Assembly (NCBI RefSeq): GCF_964355755.1
Contig: NC_092673.1
Location: forward strand, 25,912,269 to 25,976,268
DNA: 64,000 nucleotides
Direction: 5' to 3'
Source of the DNA: Antedon mediterranea
Lineage: Eukaryota > Animalia > Echinodermata
A model generated the notes under the pieces. The model had not been told where the DNA came from. It saw nothing but the letters and a program-made list of their open reading frames with translations, and did not search any database. This document shows, in pieces, positions 1 through 12,816 of the stretch (within the stretch, counting starts at the first letter, position 1; every line of letters starts with the position of its first letter). The translations under genes were made by a program, and so were the position numbers.

Positions 1-199
1 TTTTAATAATACAAAAGAATATACATATTATATGCCTTATATAGAGAACTTGTATATATTTCAATAATTTGTACAGCAAACTAAAATAAAAGTGGGACGA
101 GCCCATAAAAGACACAAAAAAAACAATATTGATTTAATTAGTTAACGACTGCATTTCTAGTAGCATTATTGGAACAAAACAGACATGCCTATGAGATTT

Positions 200-420
200 G
201 TGGTACCTGTTCGAATGCCTCATTAGGAACAGCTCTGTGAGAATTGGGAGATACGATCTTGTAATGGGGCCGGATGAGTGGCAGTGGCGTAAACCAAGGG
301 GCCCAGGAGCTTTACCCGTGGAAAAAACAGCATTGAAATATATCGAAAAGGGCTAAAAACGCCAGAAGCCTCCAGCATTGGATGGCCACTTGGGGTTCCT
401 AATCCAGGGGTATAATTTTT
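200..420. repeat. Dispersed (SINE-like?) repeat sharing its 3' part with 45180-45340 (…gggctaaaaacgccMgaRgccYccagcRttggAgggc…)
   Basis: Two copies in the same orientation. The second lies immediately 3' of the LINE fragment. Confidence 0.5.
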
Positions 421-2701
421 GACACTTGAATCTACGTAAAACTGAATTTATATTTTTATTTTATTTGTTTAAGAAGATCGCGAGAAAGGCAAAACAAAAA
501 ATCTCTGGCCTATGTATGTCTGCGAAAATACTATTAATTATTATTTTGTCTAAATCTAATAATTAAGGGCGATCAATAATGGTGCGTGGTATTTCCGAAG
601 AATAATTGTAATATTCACGACGATATTATTAAACTAGAAATACCGTATTCGATAATTAAATGACTGAGCAGCATTTAATGGACTTCATTTATTAAAGAAA
701 TTCATTTAAAAGCATTATGCGACGATAAAGTAGACTTAATAGCTGTTTTGAACCTTTGACATAAATAATGATAGTAATGTATGTCGCATCTTCATAATCA
801 ATAATTAAACAAAACGACGCAACACAAGCACGTGTTGCTTCTACGTTATCATTAAATAGGCCGATGGTCCAAACGTTTTTTATACTGTACAACATAACAA
901 TATATAGATATTTAATAATATGTAAAAAATGTATTTTATGAACCTTGGAATATAGTGAACAATGATGTCTTTGTTTTTAAATAACGTTATAGGCCTATTA
1001 TTTTGTGATTCCAAACACAAAACAGACAAACGATACCGAGATTATTTAATTAAAAATAATATTTCATTTAATTTTTTTTATTTAAAAGTCTGATTTTATT
1101 AATCATTATTTTTCAGGTTTTTGGGGGACAATACAACTTTAAAGAAAGGTCTAATAAATACAAGACATTTTAATTTTCATCAGTTTGTTTTATACATGCA
1201 AAATAGTCATTTATAAATCAAACTATTAGACGCGGTTTCATTATGTTGTTAAGCTTTATACGCACCAACGCAAACATCCATCTTGGAATTTGCTACTCAA
1301 CGTTTTAAGTGCTGACGTTCAAATATAATATAGAATATGAACAAACAACAATGGATATGCAAGTTATTAGTAAATATTTAAATATTATTAAAGTCATACG
1401 AACAGAGCAAAGTACATTCAACCAGTATTTTTAATTCGACAAAAATGAAGTCGACCAAAGATGTATTGTCCCCTAGAAATATAAAAAAAAATGATTAATA
1501 AAATCAGATTTTGAATTGCCATTTTGTAGTTTTAATCAAGTTAATCACTTCCGCAGAAAAAAAAAAATCGGGGAAAACGAAGCTTTCAAATCATGTTGAC
1601 AAAACAAACGGTTACATTCAACAAAAACCCATTAGACAATTGGACTATTTTTTGCCTTAAATTACAGTTTTTTTTCAGCAGGTAAATAGTTTTTTTCCAA
1701 TCCAATTATGCATGAAAAATGGCATATTCAACAAACCATTTTAAACAATTATTTTTAAAGCCTTTAATTCAAAACACGTATATATTTCACGTATAGGGGC
1801 CTAATGTTTGTTTTAGCCTAGCATGGTTACCTCCATGGTTTTACCAGGGAAGAATTTCACTCTTCCCTGGTTTTACCGAATATTTTCATTCAATGTTTGA
1901 TTTCTATCATCATGTCAGCATAAAAAGAATACTAAAAATAAAAACATTATGTATTTTACCTGTTACCTGTTAGTTTCCGTTTTTAACGGAAACTAAGTGT
2001 CACCTTTTTGGGTGGAGAAAAATGTGGTGTCAGTCAGTGTGACGCACGCCTCTACATTTTGGTCTAAAAACGTGCATAGGCCGCGCCTAAATAGAAAACA
2101 TCTTGTCGTTCGGGTGGGTCAGAAACACAATGTGAAACACATTGGAAGTATAGGCATAACCCCACACACCAAAGATATTTTAATAACCATATCAATACGA
2201 CATTTGTTAGCACTCGGTGTTTCTTTCTCCATTTTCCATTCACTTCTTACGTAACCAATTTCATTTGAATAAATTTGCAAAAATCTGAGATCAGATGATG
2301 TAGATCACAACGTCACATAACTTCTCACGATAATATGTATCACACTTTTGATTATTATATGTTTGATTGCATTTTCTAAATGCAGATTATATCATCATCG
2401 TTGCGACACTGTTGTCATGGAAATGTTGGTAACGTTAAGTGATATGTAAGTGAAAATGCATTACGAGATCGTTACCGTCATCATGATACAGTCAAGCGTT
2501 TAACATTTGCCTAATGACGCGTTAACTGCGCAAACGTTTATCAATATGTATGGGTATAGATTAATAGTTTATGTATTGAGAGATTGAAGTAAAGTATATA
2601 ATGGTATGGTATAATACCGAAATGAATTATATTCCTCGAATTGCATGTACAAAATAACATAATGAAAATTACCTCCCCAACATTTGCATATCTCACCTGA
2701 G

Positions 2702-4305
2702 CCCCTTTCTCACAGATGTGCCTGCAATATACCGGTACAGTGCTGGCGTCGTGCCGGTATCGTTACCGGCATGCGATTTTTTTTTCCGTACGAGAGTTCC
2801 TCCATCGGTTCGTTTCGGACTCAATCGACTCTCTTCGGTATTCGGTAAAGTCAGCTCACTGATGCGTGACAACATAATACAATTTACATTTACAAACCGC
2901 GAGCTTACTTTCACACAGGCTCTCACAATAGTAAAATAAATCTACACTAATACGAGTTTTGATTTGATGACATTAATTAATAAATACTAGGCCTACTTAG
3001 TAATTACATTAAGAACCCAATAGCATATTGAAGATATTTAGGTCTACGACCCAATAGTAGGTCGTATCAGATATTATTTTTTGAAGTTGAACGACCTTTT
3101 GTCACGAACGAGAGGCTCTTTTTCTTATCGTTTATGGTATTGTAGCTAGCCCATGGCTAGGCTAGCTTGTGTAAGCCTATGCATGGTATTACTTTTGAAT
3201 TTAAAATGATTATGTACAGTAGGAATTCCTATGCACAGTGTATGTTTTTTATACCTTTTAAAATAATATTATTAAATTAATATTTATATTGTAAGGTAAT
3301 GGAAATTTTACGTTAAAGGTGTACGTATTAATTATCCCCAATCTTGAAAAAAAGATTTCAGACTTTTAATAATAGGCAACTTTGGAGTATAGGCCTACAA
3401 CTAATATTATTGTTTATTATATGTAATTTGGAAAATCATAAAAAATACATGCAAAGTAAAAAACATTCAATTACGGTACTGACAAGACTGCAATAGTACA
3501 AATACATTTAATAATAACACATTTTCCAGGAAGCTTATAATTATATGTGATACTATCATCAATTATTAAATTAACACGATATTAAACGCTTTATAAGCAA
3601 GCGTGTGTTTCTATACATTACAACTTACAAGAATACATGTTACTAATACTAGGCCTAAATGTATACAATTTTTCAAATGTTACACTTAAAAACCTGAAGA
3701 AAATTGTAATTTTCTTGATAAAAACATCTGTTAGTGTTACTTCTGTACATATAATTTCTAACCTACTACTTCATTTTATTAAAATAAAAAATAGTACTGT
3801 AGATGGAATGTACTACATTGAAGCACACGTACGTAGGGCTAGCTAGCTGGCCTAAGTTGCTAGTGTGACGACCAACAAAGTGCTGCTGCTGTGTGTGTGT
3901 GTTACTGTTTGTGAATCTGATGGTGTACATACATTGGTTTGTGGCTGCCTATACAGTATTATATTATTAAAATTCTAGGACTATTATTATTATTACAATG
4001 ACGTTCAGTACTACTATTAATATTTATTATTATATTTACAGTGAGTATAGTATTAGGCCTCTAGTATAGCCTAGTATGTATAAATTTGTCACTCGTGCAA
4101 AGAAGCTGCTCACGTTTTGTGGTTGCTGTCACGCATCAGTGAGTATCGGTGGCTTACCGAAGAGTCGATTGAGTCCGAAACGAACCGATGGAGGAACTCT
4201 CGTACGGAAAAAAAAATCGCTACCGGCATATACCCATTCTCATCGGACTATCGTGCCGGAAATATAACCGGTATATACCGGCTTTCTGTGAGAAAGGAGT
4301 CGGGC
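2702..4305. mobile_element. About 1.6-kb foldback/TIR element with about 170-bp inverted arms (2702-2870 and 4128-4305) around an AT-rich ORF-free core. Related terminal fragments (ttctcacaga...tctgtgagaaagg) lie at 4786-4990
   Basis: The arms are reverse complements. ORFs 2693..2926(-) and 4076..4267(+) from the track both contain SRLSPKRTDGGTLVRKKKS, which is an artefact of the inverted repeat. The termini are ccctttctcacaga / tctgtgagaaagg. Confidence 0.65.
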
Positions 4306-5359
4306 ATATTCGGCCAATAAAAAGTCTCTGACAAAATAATTATTGAGGGCGCCCTTTATTGTTATTGTTTTTGTCTAGCGATGATATGGCGGCGAATGTT
4401 AAGTTACAGATTATTATCTTCCTTTATAGCATATTTATGCAATACATGCTATGTACAGTATATTGTGCATATATTATACAGGTATAGCAATTAATTTGCC
4501 GTCATCGGCAATCTGTAAAACACCTTAATTAGAAGGCTGTAGGCCTACAATTTACAAGGCGACGAAAGGTCAGGCACCAACAAACAAAGAGCTAATGGCC
4601 TAGCCTAGCGGCCTATATAGATTATGCTACAAATTTCTTCTTGTCCCCTTATTTTAAGCAGCTCTCTTATCTCATTATCCCTCCAGTTCGACATTATTAT
4701 TGTTAATTGAATTGAATAGGCGCCAAAGTGATACACTTGACTGCGCAAGGTGTCAAAGCCTCGACGGGGAACCCCGGAATATAACGGCAATACGTTCTCA
4801 CAGAATGCCCGTCTGGCATTGCGGGGAATATCCCTAGAATATTACTAGGTCTAAAGCAGGTCATGTCGATGCCGGCATGGTGCCGGCATGATGCCAAGAC
4901 GACCCGTTCTCACAGAAAACCATACCGGCATGGTAATGGTATATTCCCGCAATGTTCCTGGCACACAACTCTGTGAGAAAGGGGCTCTGTAGGCCTACAT
5001 CTCCATTCCTATATTCTCCCAAATGCAGCCTACTCTTTCATATTCCATTATGCATCCCCCATCTTACATATTCCTCTTCACCAGCCCTACCACTTAGGCC
5101 TATTCTCCTCACTAATCGGATATCCTCCCCACCAAGGTGGTACCACCCCCACTAAAGTATGTATTAAGTATATTATTAACCGAATTGTTTTGTGACTGTG
5201 CAATTTGGTAATAAGTTACACTCTACATACATACAAAATATACATTTAAAAGTAGCACATCCAAATGCCAACTTCAAGTCAATGGCTACCAGATGTCTCT
5301 GTGAGACGGTTATTTGAACCAGTACCAGTATCACTTCACTACATATTCTACTATTCTGG

Positions 5360-5800
5360 TACACTGCATCCCCCAATCTTGTATATTCCACTTCACTATA
5401 GATCCCACCCATACCACTTATCCTCCCACTAAAATATAGGTATTCTCCCACTAGATATCCTCTGCGTCTTCTGAATTTGCCACCTTTACACTAAATATTC
5501 TACTATAGGTACTATTGCATCCCCAATCTTGTATATTCCACTTCACTATAGATCCCACCCATACCACTTATCCTCCCACTAAAATATAGGTATTCTTCCC
5601 ACTAGATATCCTCTGCGTCTTCTGAATTTGCCACCTTTACACTAAATATTCTACTATAGGTACTATTGCATCCCCAATCTTGTATATTCCCCTACACTAA
5701 AATACATCCCACCCCTTACCACTTATCCTCCACATTAAAAGCTAGATATTCCCCACATTAAATATCCTCTGCGTCCTTTGCATTTGCCAATACACTACAA
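5360..5800. repeat. About 150-bp tandem repeat, about 3 copies (gcatcccc(c)aatcttgtatattccacttcactatagatcccacccataccacttatcctcccactaaaatataggtattct...). A related degenerate copy lies at 4990-5160
   Basis: Units begin at 5368 and 5518, with a diverged third. Confidence 0.8.
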
Positions 5801-6289
5801 TTAGGTGTATTTCCAAGGAGATTGATCGACTATTATTATATTAATATATAAACGATATACATGCACAATTTTCTCAGATAAAAATCAAATACTGTAATAA
5901 GAATATAATATGTAATCGATTTTCTTTGCAATAGTAACCGTAATTTCTTTACGATATGAAGTTGACAGACAATTATTTATTAGTTTATTACGGACCATTT
6001 TCAGACCATAAAATTTGACGTTATATTAATTTCAAAATGTACATGTGAATTAATAGCAAAAATATAATACACTGCTAAAATTACCATATTATTCATATAA
6101 TAGATGCAATTGCCACTTTATATGACGTGTAAGTATACAATACGTGTCATAAAATGAAATGGTTTACATTTATTTGGAAATGTATTGTAAAACTTTTATG
6201 GAATCATAATTAGTTCAGTAAAACTCCTCCTTTGGGACGTTCCATTCTGGGGAAACTATATTAAAGGGAAACCTTTACCATGTGGGCCT

Positions 6290-6610
6290 AATAACACTAA
6301 AGCCAAATCCATTAAAGGGACACTTTACCGTGTAATAAAACTAAAGCCAAATCCTATTATTAAAGGGACACTTTACCGTGCAATAACACTACAGCCAAAT
6401 CCTATTATTAAAGGGATACTTTACTGTGCAATAACACTACAGCCAAATCCTATTATTAAAGGGACACTTTACCGTGTAATAACACTACAGCCAAATCCTA
6501 TTATTAAAGGGACACTTTACCGTGCAATAACACTACAGCCAAATCCTATTATTAAAGGGACACTTTACCGTGCAATAACACTACAGCAAAACTATATTCA
6601 AGGGACACTC
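6290..6610. repeat. About 59-bp tandem repeat, about 5.5 copies (ctacagccaaatcctattattaaagggacactttaccgtgcaataaca)
   Basis: Direct reading. Confidence 0.9.
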
Positions 6611-7151
6611 TATGGAAAACTTGTTTTGGGTCCCGCGGGTGACCCTTGTAGTGTACTACTTTCTTCTATTTTTTAAAATTTTTTTGCTAAATGTCCAGTT
6701 TCTTCTCCATCAAACAACCCTGTCTATTTGTGTTTGATTTTTATGTGGCTAACAAAACACACAAAACAACCGTAATGTTCATTTAATTATTTATTTATTT
6801 GTTATGGAAGTTTTAATTGTCACCAGCCAACCAATCTAAATATTTATATTATTATCAACAATTTACATTATAAAAAAACTCATAAAACAGTTCAGCCCAG
6901 GGAGTGTACCTTATATTATTTTAATAAAATTAGCCTCTTAGGTATTATTAGTGGGTAAAGTAAATTTCGTCCTTACATACATGAGGTTATCAAGAAAATC
7001 CCAGCCAATCATAAACTACAATACATAAACACAGTAGAATCCCTCGTGTAGGATTGGACACCTCTATTCACACTACCGTGAAATAAACAAGGTAAATATA
7101 CTATACGGTCAACAACTATTCAGGGGTGACCATTTTAAGGGTCAGTGATGA

Positions 7152-7980
7152 TGGCGTCACCTTCGTAGAGGTTCGGGTCCCGAAGGCATCACCTTCATAG
7201 AGGTTCGGGTCCCAAAGGCATCGCCTTCATAGAGGTTCGGGTCCCGAAGGCGTCGCCTTCATAGAGGTTCGGGTCCCGAAGGCATCACCTTCATAGAGGT
7301 TCGGGTCCCAAAGGCATCACCTTCATAGAGGTTCGGGTCCCGAAGGCGTCAACTTTATAGAGGTTCGGGTCCCGAAGGCCTCACCTTCATAGAGGTTCGG
7401 GTCGCGAAGGCGTCACCTTTATAGAGGTTCGGGTCGCGAAGGCGTCACCTTTATAGAGGTTCGGGTCCCGAAGGCATCAACTTTATAGAGGTCGGGTCCC
7501 AAAGGCATCAACTTTATAGAGGTTCGGGTCTCGAAGGCATCAACTTTATAGAGGTTCGGGTCGCGAAGGCGTCACCTTTATAGAGGTTCGGGTCCCGAAG
7601 GCATCAACTTTATAGAGGTCGGGTCCCAAAGGCATCAACTTTATAGAGGTTCGGGTCTCGAAGGCATCAACTTTATAGAGGTTCGGGTCTCGAAGGCATC
7701 AACTTTATAGAGGTTCGGGTCTCGAAGGCATCAACTTTATAGAGGTTCGGGTCGCGAAGGCATCAACTTTATAGAGGTTCGGGTCTCGAAGGCATCAACT
7801 TTATAGAGGTTCGGGTCGCGAAGGCATCAACTTTATAGAGGTTCGGATCGCGAAGGCGTCACCTTCATAGAGGTTCGGATCGCGAAGGCGTCACCTTCAT
7901 AGAGGTCCGGATCGCGAAGGCGTCAACTTCATAGAGGTTCGGGTCTCGAAGGCATCAACTTCATAGAGGTCCGGGTCCCA
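7152..7980. repeat. 32-bp minisatellite, about 26 copies (ggcatcaccttcatagaggttcgggtcccgaa and variants)
   Basis: Direct head-to-tail reading. Variants are caccttc/caacttt and tcccgaa/tcgcgaa/tctcgaa. Confidence 0.95.
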
Positions 7981-9000
7981 TAGGGTTCTACTATACTATA
8001 ATTATAATAAATGAACATTCAAAGGTGAGATGTAATAAAAATAATTAAATTGTCTAATAAAATGTATCAACATTTATAACCCATCAAAATACTATCTACA
8101 TTACCCACATCCATAAATATACATATATATTCTTTTTATTACATTGAAGACTTTTATGACAATTATATTAACAATAATATTTAAAAACAGCAATTTAGTA
8201 AAATAATCTATTTGAATCAATATATAAAACAATAAATTTGCTAAAATGACAAAATAATCATAACATTTTAATTTTAGTTTAACTGATTTAAAATAGTCAT
8301 AACAGATTGAAACATAGAAACCAACCACGACGACCATTTGCCGTCATAGACAAATTCTAGCGCGGTAATGCAGGTGTCACATGTGATACATATATGACAC
8401 TGTATTACCGAATCTGCCTATGATACTGCACATATGTATGCAAAATATGGAGATACAGTTACTTGCCGATTTTCAGAAAACTTATACCTAAATTATTCAA
8501 TATTTAAGATGAGTAGAAGATCTGAATATGCAAGACATTTGGTCAACATTTGATATGGAATGCCAACTAGAGGGCAATATACAAATTATGGATAGGAATG
8601 ACATTTCTAGTACAAAACAGAACTATACTAGTCTATTTAAACTAGAACCTAGTAAATACCTATTTATTATTATAAACTATATTGCTTTTAATTTCTTTCA
8701 TTGTTTTGGGATTAAGGGGAACATACAACCAGACATTATATAATATGTCTACAGTATAATATTTTTCTTTACATTGTTATACCACTACTAGAGTACAATA
8801 TATTTTGGGGTCCCACAAAGCTTTTTTGGATGATTTTTGCCGATAGTTTTATTTGCTGCGAAAACTAGTACCAAGCAGATGTAGAAACATTGTTAATGCC
8901 CATTTTAAAATATTTAGCTTTCAAAAACTTTTGTATTATATAGTTTTATAAACGTAATAAAATAAACTATTTTAAAAATATAAACAAAACTATAATATCT

Positions 9001-9112
9001 GATTAGCTGCATCAGTGGGATAATCTGATTAGCTGCATCAGTGGGATAATCTGATTAGCTGCATCAGTGGGATAATCTGATTAGCTGCATCAGTGGGATA
9101 ATCTGATTTGTA
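9001..9112. repeat. 26-bp x4 tandem repeat (gattagctgcatcagtgggataatct)
   Basis: Direct reading. Confidence 0.95.
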
Positions 9113-9818
9113 TTTATAAAATTAATAGAGAACTAATATTGTTCTTTAATATACCCTCATGGTATAGAAGATAAAAATGGCAGTGACTGTTAAAAGTAAT
9201 AACAAAATTTGTTTGAGAAGTCAAAAAGTTTTTTTTTTACAAATATAGGTACATTATATACCTATATTTTTAGTAAAAATTATTTGTATTTATACCCATA
9301 TTGTGTAATATTAAAAAATATTTATGGAAGTAATTTTTTATAATTTACCCAAAAAGGAAAAATGTTTGTTCTTTGAGGCAACTTATTAACATACATTTAT
9401 CACAGGAATTCTTGCTGTCATTCCAGGATATATTTTCCCCTTTAATTTTAAAATACATTTTGTTGCTAGGAAATTTTTATGTCAAATATTAATTGTATTT
9501 ACTTATTAAATCGGAAAAAAAATTTGAAGAAAAAAACAGTCAACCTGGAGCACACTGTGTGGAAGAAACAAAGTTCTGGTTAAATGTAACCGCTCAGTTT
9601 ATTATTTATTGCATATTTTAGAAGCGAGTTAAGGGGTGGAGACTAAATTCCTAGAACATTCGGCCAAAATCCTATGACATTGGCAATATATATTTCTACA
9701 TAATGTTGTAGCACCCTACATGCTTACAGGCTAGAATCTTTCAACCCACCAGCAGCACTATCTGGTATGCATATGTGAATACTAGAAATGATTGTTAAAG
9801 AGATCACATCTGCTGGTT

Positions 9819-9905
9819 TTATAAAAAGCCATTAGCTTGAAGCTCAGGCTGGTCAAGGTATGGTAAAATGAGTTCCAGAAATGCACCAACTGAACCAAAG
9901 TAGCC
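9819..9905 (-). CDS. PANK: Pantothenate kinase terminal exon: GYFGSVGAFLELILPYLDQPELQANGFL*, with TAA stop at 9821..9819
   Basis: Reverse-complement translation of 9819-9905, behind a ttttttttttgtag acceptor. It matches human GYFGAVGALLEL... in phase 0 with exon 6. AATAAA lies on the minus strand about 200 nt further 3' (near 9605-9615). Confidence 0.75.
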   Translation of the reverse strand, partial: GYFGSVGAFLELILPYLDQPELQANGFL

Positions 9906-10186
9906 CTACAAAAAAAAAATTTAAGTGAGAAGTGTTTAAAAAAAGTCTAGCTACCATTCAAATTGTTGGTGTTGTAAGCTGGGCGCGCAATATAGTTGAC
10001 ACAAAAATTAAATTGTATAGACAAGACGAGTGGGTGAGCCGGGCCACTGAAAATCAAAGCTATACAGGTTCAAGGCTCTCTTTAACCACTTTTCTGGTGG
10101 TTGAACAAGTATTCTCGGATAAGCACTTAAAACTAAAATTAACAGTAAAATTCCAGTGTGCACTTTAAGAACCCAGTTCATCTTTA

Positions 10187-10335
10187 AGCTCTGTCTACAC
10201 AATTAGTATTAAAAAAAAGTGTGATGTGCTCAAATATGGTGGTAATATGCCCAAATTTAGTAGTGATCATGTCCATATGGGCACATCACATTTTTAGTCG
10301 CGTGGAAGCGACTCTATAGTTCACTATGTCGGTCG

Positions 10336-10370
<35 letters not shown>

Positions 10371-11112
10371 GGTCCGGTATCACTATGCGTTTTATCGCTT
10401 TATGACCTTATCTTGATATCAGTTTAATCTAGCTAAGTCAATTTTTCACAGAATATTCCTTATGGCCAGGAATCGGTGTGGTTATGTTTTCACGGTGCGC
10501 AATAAAAAATTACGCGGTCTACGCACGATTTAACGAAATCACGTTTGTAATCATATCTTAACAACCATGAATCACAATTAAATAAAATTTGGTACTCATA
10601 AATTTCAGGCATAAATCATCATATGGCAATACAATTACGTGCGTAGCGCATGTAACGCATGCGTACGCGCGCTTAAAATTTTCAAAATTTATTTTCGATG
10701 AAATAAGAGTACGTTTCAGGCAATTTTAAGCGTTTACAAAATTGCCATGAGTGCGCAGATTTTTGCGCGCGCACTGCGCGTTAAATGTTATTGCGCACTC
10801 TTTTTGCCCGATTTCTGTTTTCTTGACTTACTTTTCAACTCTAAATTACGTTATACGAGCACGTCAAAAGTGACAGGCTACGCACGTGTAAATTTAAAAA
10901 ATATAAATGTTTTTAAACATTTCAACATTTTTAAACATGTTCAGTAATTTCGGTCAGTATAGTTCACTATGTCGGTCGGTCCGTCTGTCTGTCGGTTTGT
11001 CTGTCTGTCGGTCTGTTTGTCTGTCGGTCCGGTATCACTATGCATTGTAGCACGCGACTTAATGGCTGTTGGCCTTGTTTTTTCACATAAAGTTTGATAG
11101 TGTAGACAGAGC
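10187..11112. mobile_element. Family-X MITE split by a nested insertion. The inserted element ('Z') is bounded by about 105-bp direct terminal units, each of the form agtcgcgtgga(a/c)gcgactctatagttcactatgtcggtcgg-(TCTG)n-ggtccggtatcactatgcgttttagcacgcgact
   Basis: X-type sequence lies at 10187-10297 (ctgtctacac...gggcacatcacatttttag) and at 11046-11112 (...cacataaagtttgatagtgtagacagagc). Z units lie at 10297-10400 and 10955-11060 with a GC/CpG-rich core between them (gcgcgcgcactgcgcg). A third Z unit starts at 63897 and runs off the window end. Confidence 0.6.
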
Positions 11113-11506
11113 TTTAGAGTAGTTGATTATTGCTCATAATAGGTGTTGCACTGTGGCTTCTGTGTAAACAAACAATCGATAGAACCCAATATAGTTTTTA
11201 TTTTTCCCCCGCATTTATATGTGTTATAACCACAACATCAACCACTATCATTAGGAAAAAGTTTATTAACATTCATACTCTCGTCAGATTCAATCCTTGG
11301 AATCGTACAAAAAATGTAATCTTAAAATTGGTATTATTCATTAATTAATATCTGATCATTTCTGATTTAATCGTATTTCTTTATCGGAAATTAATCCATA
11401 AATTTTCTGGGAATTATTGTGTTTATGTCTTCATGTGTAATTTCTTTTTTTAGTTTTAGTCATAGTAGATTTATCTCTTGTAATAGTGATGATTAAACAA
11501 ACTTAC

Positions 11507-11632
11507 TTCATGTTCAAGGAACAACGCCTTGAGAGCGCCTTGTGACCAATACTCCATTGCATATGCCAACAGTTTCATTGCTATTGTGTTCACTCTCAAA
11601 AAGTTGCCAACAAATACAATCTTTTCAATGCC
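11507..11632 (-). CDS. PANK: Pantothenate kinase exon 6: [42 protein letters not shown]
   Basis: Reverse-complement translation. Acceptor ttattcag|GGC and donor GAA|GTAAGT. It matches human [42 protein letters not shown]. Confidence 0.85.
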
Positions 11633-12394
11633 CTGAATAAGTTTTAAAAAATTAGGAAAATCATAGATTTAATTATTTGATTCATAATATTATTATTGAA
11701 TAAATAGTAGCCAGAAAGAGCAAGATTATTGAATGTATCGTAGGTGGTTCCAGCCTACCAACTTTACTACTTTCTGCAAAGGCAACCTAACAATATGATG
11801 CTGTGCTCGTGAGATCAAAGGGTTCATCTGTGGCTGTGACACGATCATGACTCGTCCCTTAAGACTTTACAGAGAATACGTACAAAAGTACTTTTGATAT
11901 ATTCGAAGACATAAGATCAAAGGACTGTTACAAGGTCCTGTCTTGGCAAGGCTAGCTCAGTATCCTGTTGCTAAATTGCCTAACTACTACTCTATCACGA
12001 AAAGTATCTTCTACCCATTTATATACAGACTTTTGCTTGTGCACATGTGCCTTTTATAGTAAATGGAATCCACAGCTTAAACTTCCATACAAAAGATGAG
12101 GAAATAATAGTAAAAGGGTACTGACAGTTACTGTAACATTAACGTCTTTCATTTATTCATACGTTATCATGTGTTATCTTTTTTGTTATTTGCTGTCCTT
12201 CCCCAGGTAGTCCCTGAGTACGCTGTGAGGTCTCTGCTATGTTTTTGTCTTCCCTTTTTTGTTGCCAGTTTTTTTATTTCATTCTTAAATTGGATTTTTA
12301 TATGGGATTGATGCATGTTTAATGAATCTTTTTTTTTTCTTATTTTATTTTATTCAATTGAAACCAACAGCGATAATTACCGCCACTAACAGGT

Positions 12395-12530
12395 TTGATA
12401 CAAACAAAGCCAGAACAGGGCTTCTCTCGTCCAGTGCCCACCTTGACCAGAGAAAAGGCATGGGCCAATACATCTGAGGAAGATACTAGATGCAGGGGCT
12501 GCCATAAGAGTCAGCTGATTTCAAATGCCT
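12395..12530. repeat. Dispersed repeat in PANK intron 5, with a reverse-complement partner at 43370-43500 (…gctgactcttatgRcagcccctgcatctagtatctKcctcag…ggtgggcaYtgRacgagagaagccc…)
   Basis: The reverse complement of 12400-12520 aligns with 43380-43495 at high identity. Confidence 0.6.
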
Positions 12531-12692
12531 AATGTAATTTTATATATGTATGATGTAATTGATGAATGTTTGTTTTCTACCATATTTCTGAGGAAAACAA
12601 TTTTACATATGTATGTACACATTTTTATAGTGAAAATAAAGATTTGATTTGATGCACTTTTAAATAAAAACCCTTATTGAATAAATAAATAC

Positions 12693-12816
12693 CTCGTTCC
12701 TAGCGCACATCCTGGCTATAGAACCTATGTTATTAGTTATCGTGACGAGTGTTGCCCGAGCCAGGTCATATTTGCTTGCCTCTTGCTGACTATCTTCAAG
12801 ATGCATTTTACCAAAA
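12693..12816 (-). CDS. PANK: Pantothenate kinase exon 5: (S)[41 protein letters not shown]
   Basis: This is ORF 12660..12857(-) from the track, trimmed. Acceptor ttgttatag|T completes AGT = Ser and the donor is GAG|GTATTT. It matches human [43 protein letters not shown]. Confidence 0.85.

Noticed and set aside
2693-4320. ORFs 2693..2926(-), 2718..2939(+), 4076..4267(+), 4117..4320(+) sharing SRLSPKRTDGGTLVRKKKS
   Set aside because: They are mirror-image artefacts of the 170-bp inverted arms of a foldback element and are not coding.
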